In this document: in pieces, positions 16,144 through 17,892 of the stretch
How the letters are laid out: every line of letters begins with the position of its first letter
Numbering within the stretch: position 1 is the first letter of the stretch
Source of the DNA: a bacterium
Lineage (GTDB): Bacteria > RBG-13-61-14 > DATKZS01
DNA: 17,892 nt
NCBI GenBank assembly: GCA_046484135.1
Contig: JAWOBU010000132.1
Coordinates: 1 to 17,892, forward strand
Direction of reading: 5' to 3'
Translations under genes and position numbers: made by a program
Notes under the pieces: generated by a model
Seen by the model: the letters and a program-made list of their open reading frames with translations, nothing else
What the model was told of the DNA's origin: nothing
The model's database searches: none

Positions 16144-16245
16144 GTTCAAATCTTCAAAGGTGGTCTTGCCGACGAGGAAGAAAAAAGATATGGTATCCTG
16201 AAGACAGCGGCCGGCCTGTCATATTGCCGTCAGGGAGGATGGCTC

Positions 16246-17376
16246 ATGGACCTGGACACTATCCTGGAGGAATCACGAAAGATCGAGAACAGCAGGGTGC
16301 GCGAGTGGAAGGACAAGGGCGGCCGGGTGGCGGGTTATATATGCGTGGCCACGCCTGTCGAGTTCCTGGAGGCCGCGGGAGTCCTTCCTTACCGCATCCG
16401 GGCCCTGGGAAACGCAGACACCGAGATGGCCGACGTCCGCCTTTCCCGGTTCAACTGCAGCTTCTGCCGGTCCTGCCTCGAGCTCGGCCTGAACGGGACC
16501 TATGACTTCCTGGACGGCATGATCGAGACCAATGGCTGCGACCACCTGCGCGGCATGGTCGAGAACTGGCAGTACGCCAGGCCTTTCAATTTCTTCCATT
16601 ACCTCCGCGTTCCTCATATAGCGGACCCGGACTCGCTCCGCTACTTTGAGGACGAGCTTCGCCGCTATAAAGAAGCCATCGAGAACCATTTTGACGTGTC
16701 CTTGAACGAAGACGATTTATGGACCCAGATAAAGAGGCAGGAGCGCATCCGGGAGAAGCTCCGGACCGTCTACGAGATGCGGGAGCGGCCGGAGCCCGCT
16801 TTTACGGGCGCGGAGGTGCTGTCCGTGTTTCTGCTTGCCACCGCGGTCCCCGGCCGGGAGTTGGAAGAAATCCTGGATGAGCTGATCGAGTCGAGGCAGG
16901 ACCACAAGATAAAGGACTATCGGGCTCGTCTTCTCCTTGCCGGCAGCGCCACCGACGAGGTCGAGTTTGTAAAGGCGATCGAGAGCATGGGCGGGCTGGT
17001 GGTTACCGACGCGCTGTGCTTCGGCTCGCGCGCTTTCTGGCCGCAATCCGTTCGTGATGACGAAAGCGATCCCGTAAAAGCCCTGGCCCGCACCTATCTT
17101 GATAATCTTCTGTGTCCCCGCATGTTCGACGCCTTCAAAAGCAGGAAGCGGTACATGGACGATGCCGTCAAGCGGGCCAATGTTGACGGAGTGGTCCTGG
17201 TCCACAACAAGTTCTGCGACGTGCACGGTGTGGACAACGTGCAGTACCGGCTGGCGCTGGAGAAGGAGGGTGTGCCGGTGCTCCAGCTTGAAAAGGACTA
17301 CGGGGCCAAGGCCGACATCGGCAGGATGAAAACCAGGGTCCAGGCCTTCCTGGAAAGAATAGGAGACACCAAATGA
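16246..17376 (+). CDS. 2-hydroxyacyl-CoA dehydratase / benzoyl-CoA reductase family subunit (HgdAB/FldBC/BcrBC-like)
   Basis: GYIC..TPVEFLEAAG, CSFCRS, GCDH, D.LCFGSR, VDGVV...KFCD.HG, P.LQLEKDY, TRVQAFLE. SD GGGAGG. Confidence 0.9.
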   Translation: MDLDTILEESRKIENSRVREWKDKGGRVAGYICVATPVEFLEAAGVLPYRIRALGNADTEMADVRLSRFNCSFCRSCLELGLNGTYDFLDGMIETNGCDHLRGMVENWQYARPFNFFHYLRVPHIADPDSLRYFEDELRRYKEAIENHFDVSLNEDDLWTQIKRQERIREKLRTVYEMRERPEPAFTGAEVLSVFLLATAVPGRELEEILDELIESRQDHKIKDYRARLLLAGSATDEVEFVKAIESMGGLVVTDALCFGSRAFWPQSVRDDESDPVKALARTYLDNLLCPRMFDAFKSRKRYMDDAVKRANVDGVVLVHNKFCDVHGVDNVQYRLALEKEGVPVLQLEKDYGAKADIGRMKTRVQAFLERIGDTK

Positions 17377-17892
17377 CAAAGCTAAGGCCGGAAGGGCTTA
17401 TTGACCGGGCCGCCATGCAGCTTTCGCTTTTTGATCGGCTTCCCGCGCCGGTGCTCTCGGGGGCGGGGTCCGTGTTGAACTCTTTGCCCCTGCTCCCGGA
17501 CGAGGTCCTTTCAGCCACCCGGGCGCTGTGGGCTCCCCGCAACCGGGAGGCGGGCGTACAGTTTTTAAAGATGGTGGCCCGATGGGTAGTGGAAGCCAAA
17601 AAAGCGGCCAAAGAAGGCAAGAAGGTGATACTGGTCCCCTTCAACTTCCCGGTGGAGGTGATCCATGCCTTTGAGGGCGCGGTCCCGCTGACCAGCGAGG
17701 TCCTCTCCACCCTGGGCGTGGTCATGCTGAAAGGCCAGGGAGAGAGATACTGGGACATGGCCATGGGACTGGGCCTTCCCGACCACCTGTGCTCGGCCAA
17801 CACCATCGAGTTACATAAACCGAGCCTGGAGGACGCCTTTCTCTATTATACCGGAAAGACCATCAGGGAAGAGGAAGGAAGTCTGATGGGGC
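17373..17892 (+). CDS. Second 2-hydroxyacyl-CoA dehydratase-family subunit (partial), switching in frame at ~17810 to an ABC ATPase C-terminal-like sequence
   Basis: ATG 17373 overlaps the upstream TGA and the frame is open to the window end: ...EGKKVILVPFNFPVEVIHAF...GLGLPDHLCSANTIEL|HKPSLEDAFLYYTGKTIREEEGSLMG. Confidence 0.72.
   Translation, partial: MTKLRPEGLIDRAAMQLSLFDRLPAPVLSGAGSVLNSLPLLPDEVLSATRALWAPRNREAGVQFLKMVARWVVEAKKAAKEGKKVILVPFNFPVEVIHAFEGAVPLTSEVLSTLGVVMLKGQGERYWDMAMGLGLPDHLCSANTIELHKPSLEDAFLYYTGKTIREEEGSLMG

Overview
GC-rich bacterial window, probably from an anaerobic Deltaproteobacteria-like organism and probably a metagenomic contig (inference from gene content). Most genes are on the minus strand. 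In coordinate order they are: a >686-aa GT-C-like membrane protein that runs off the left edge and is missing from the ORF track; an RlmD-like methyltransferase; two crotonase-fold enzymes (one MenB/BadI-like) flanking a nucleoside phosphorylase; an MBL hydrolase; a stand-alone cNMP-binding protein; a lipoprotein esterase; bioA, bioF and bioB (transcribed bioB-bioF-bioA; no bioD or pimelate-supply gene in the window); a B12-binding radical SAM gene; an AT-rich Thr-type sulfatase-like gene; and a truncated Cys-rich surface-protein gene. Two 2-hydroxyacyl-CoA dehydratase/benzoyl-CoA reductase-family genes follow on the plus strand. I see no CRISPR array, transposase, rRNA or tRNA. The best leads are: (1) an atypical biotin pathway, with a non-E. 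coli-type BioB ligand set, a B. subtilis-type BioA and a possible BadI-like pimeloyl-CoA source; (2) a 560-bp intergenic region with a candidate ~58-nt three-hairpin sRNA and an inverted composite REP doublet carrying a nested 28-bp element that recurs upstream of bioB; (3) two abrupt gene junctions (~15797 and ~17810) that are either rearrangements or assembly chimeras. All family calls come from motif recognition by eye, not from database searches.
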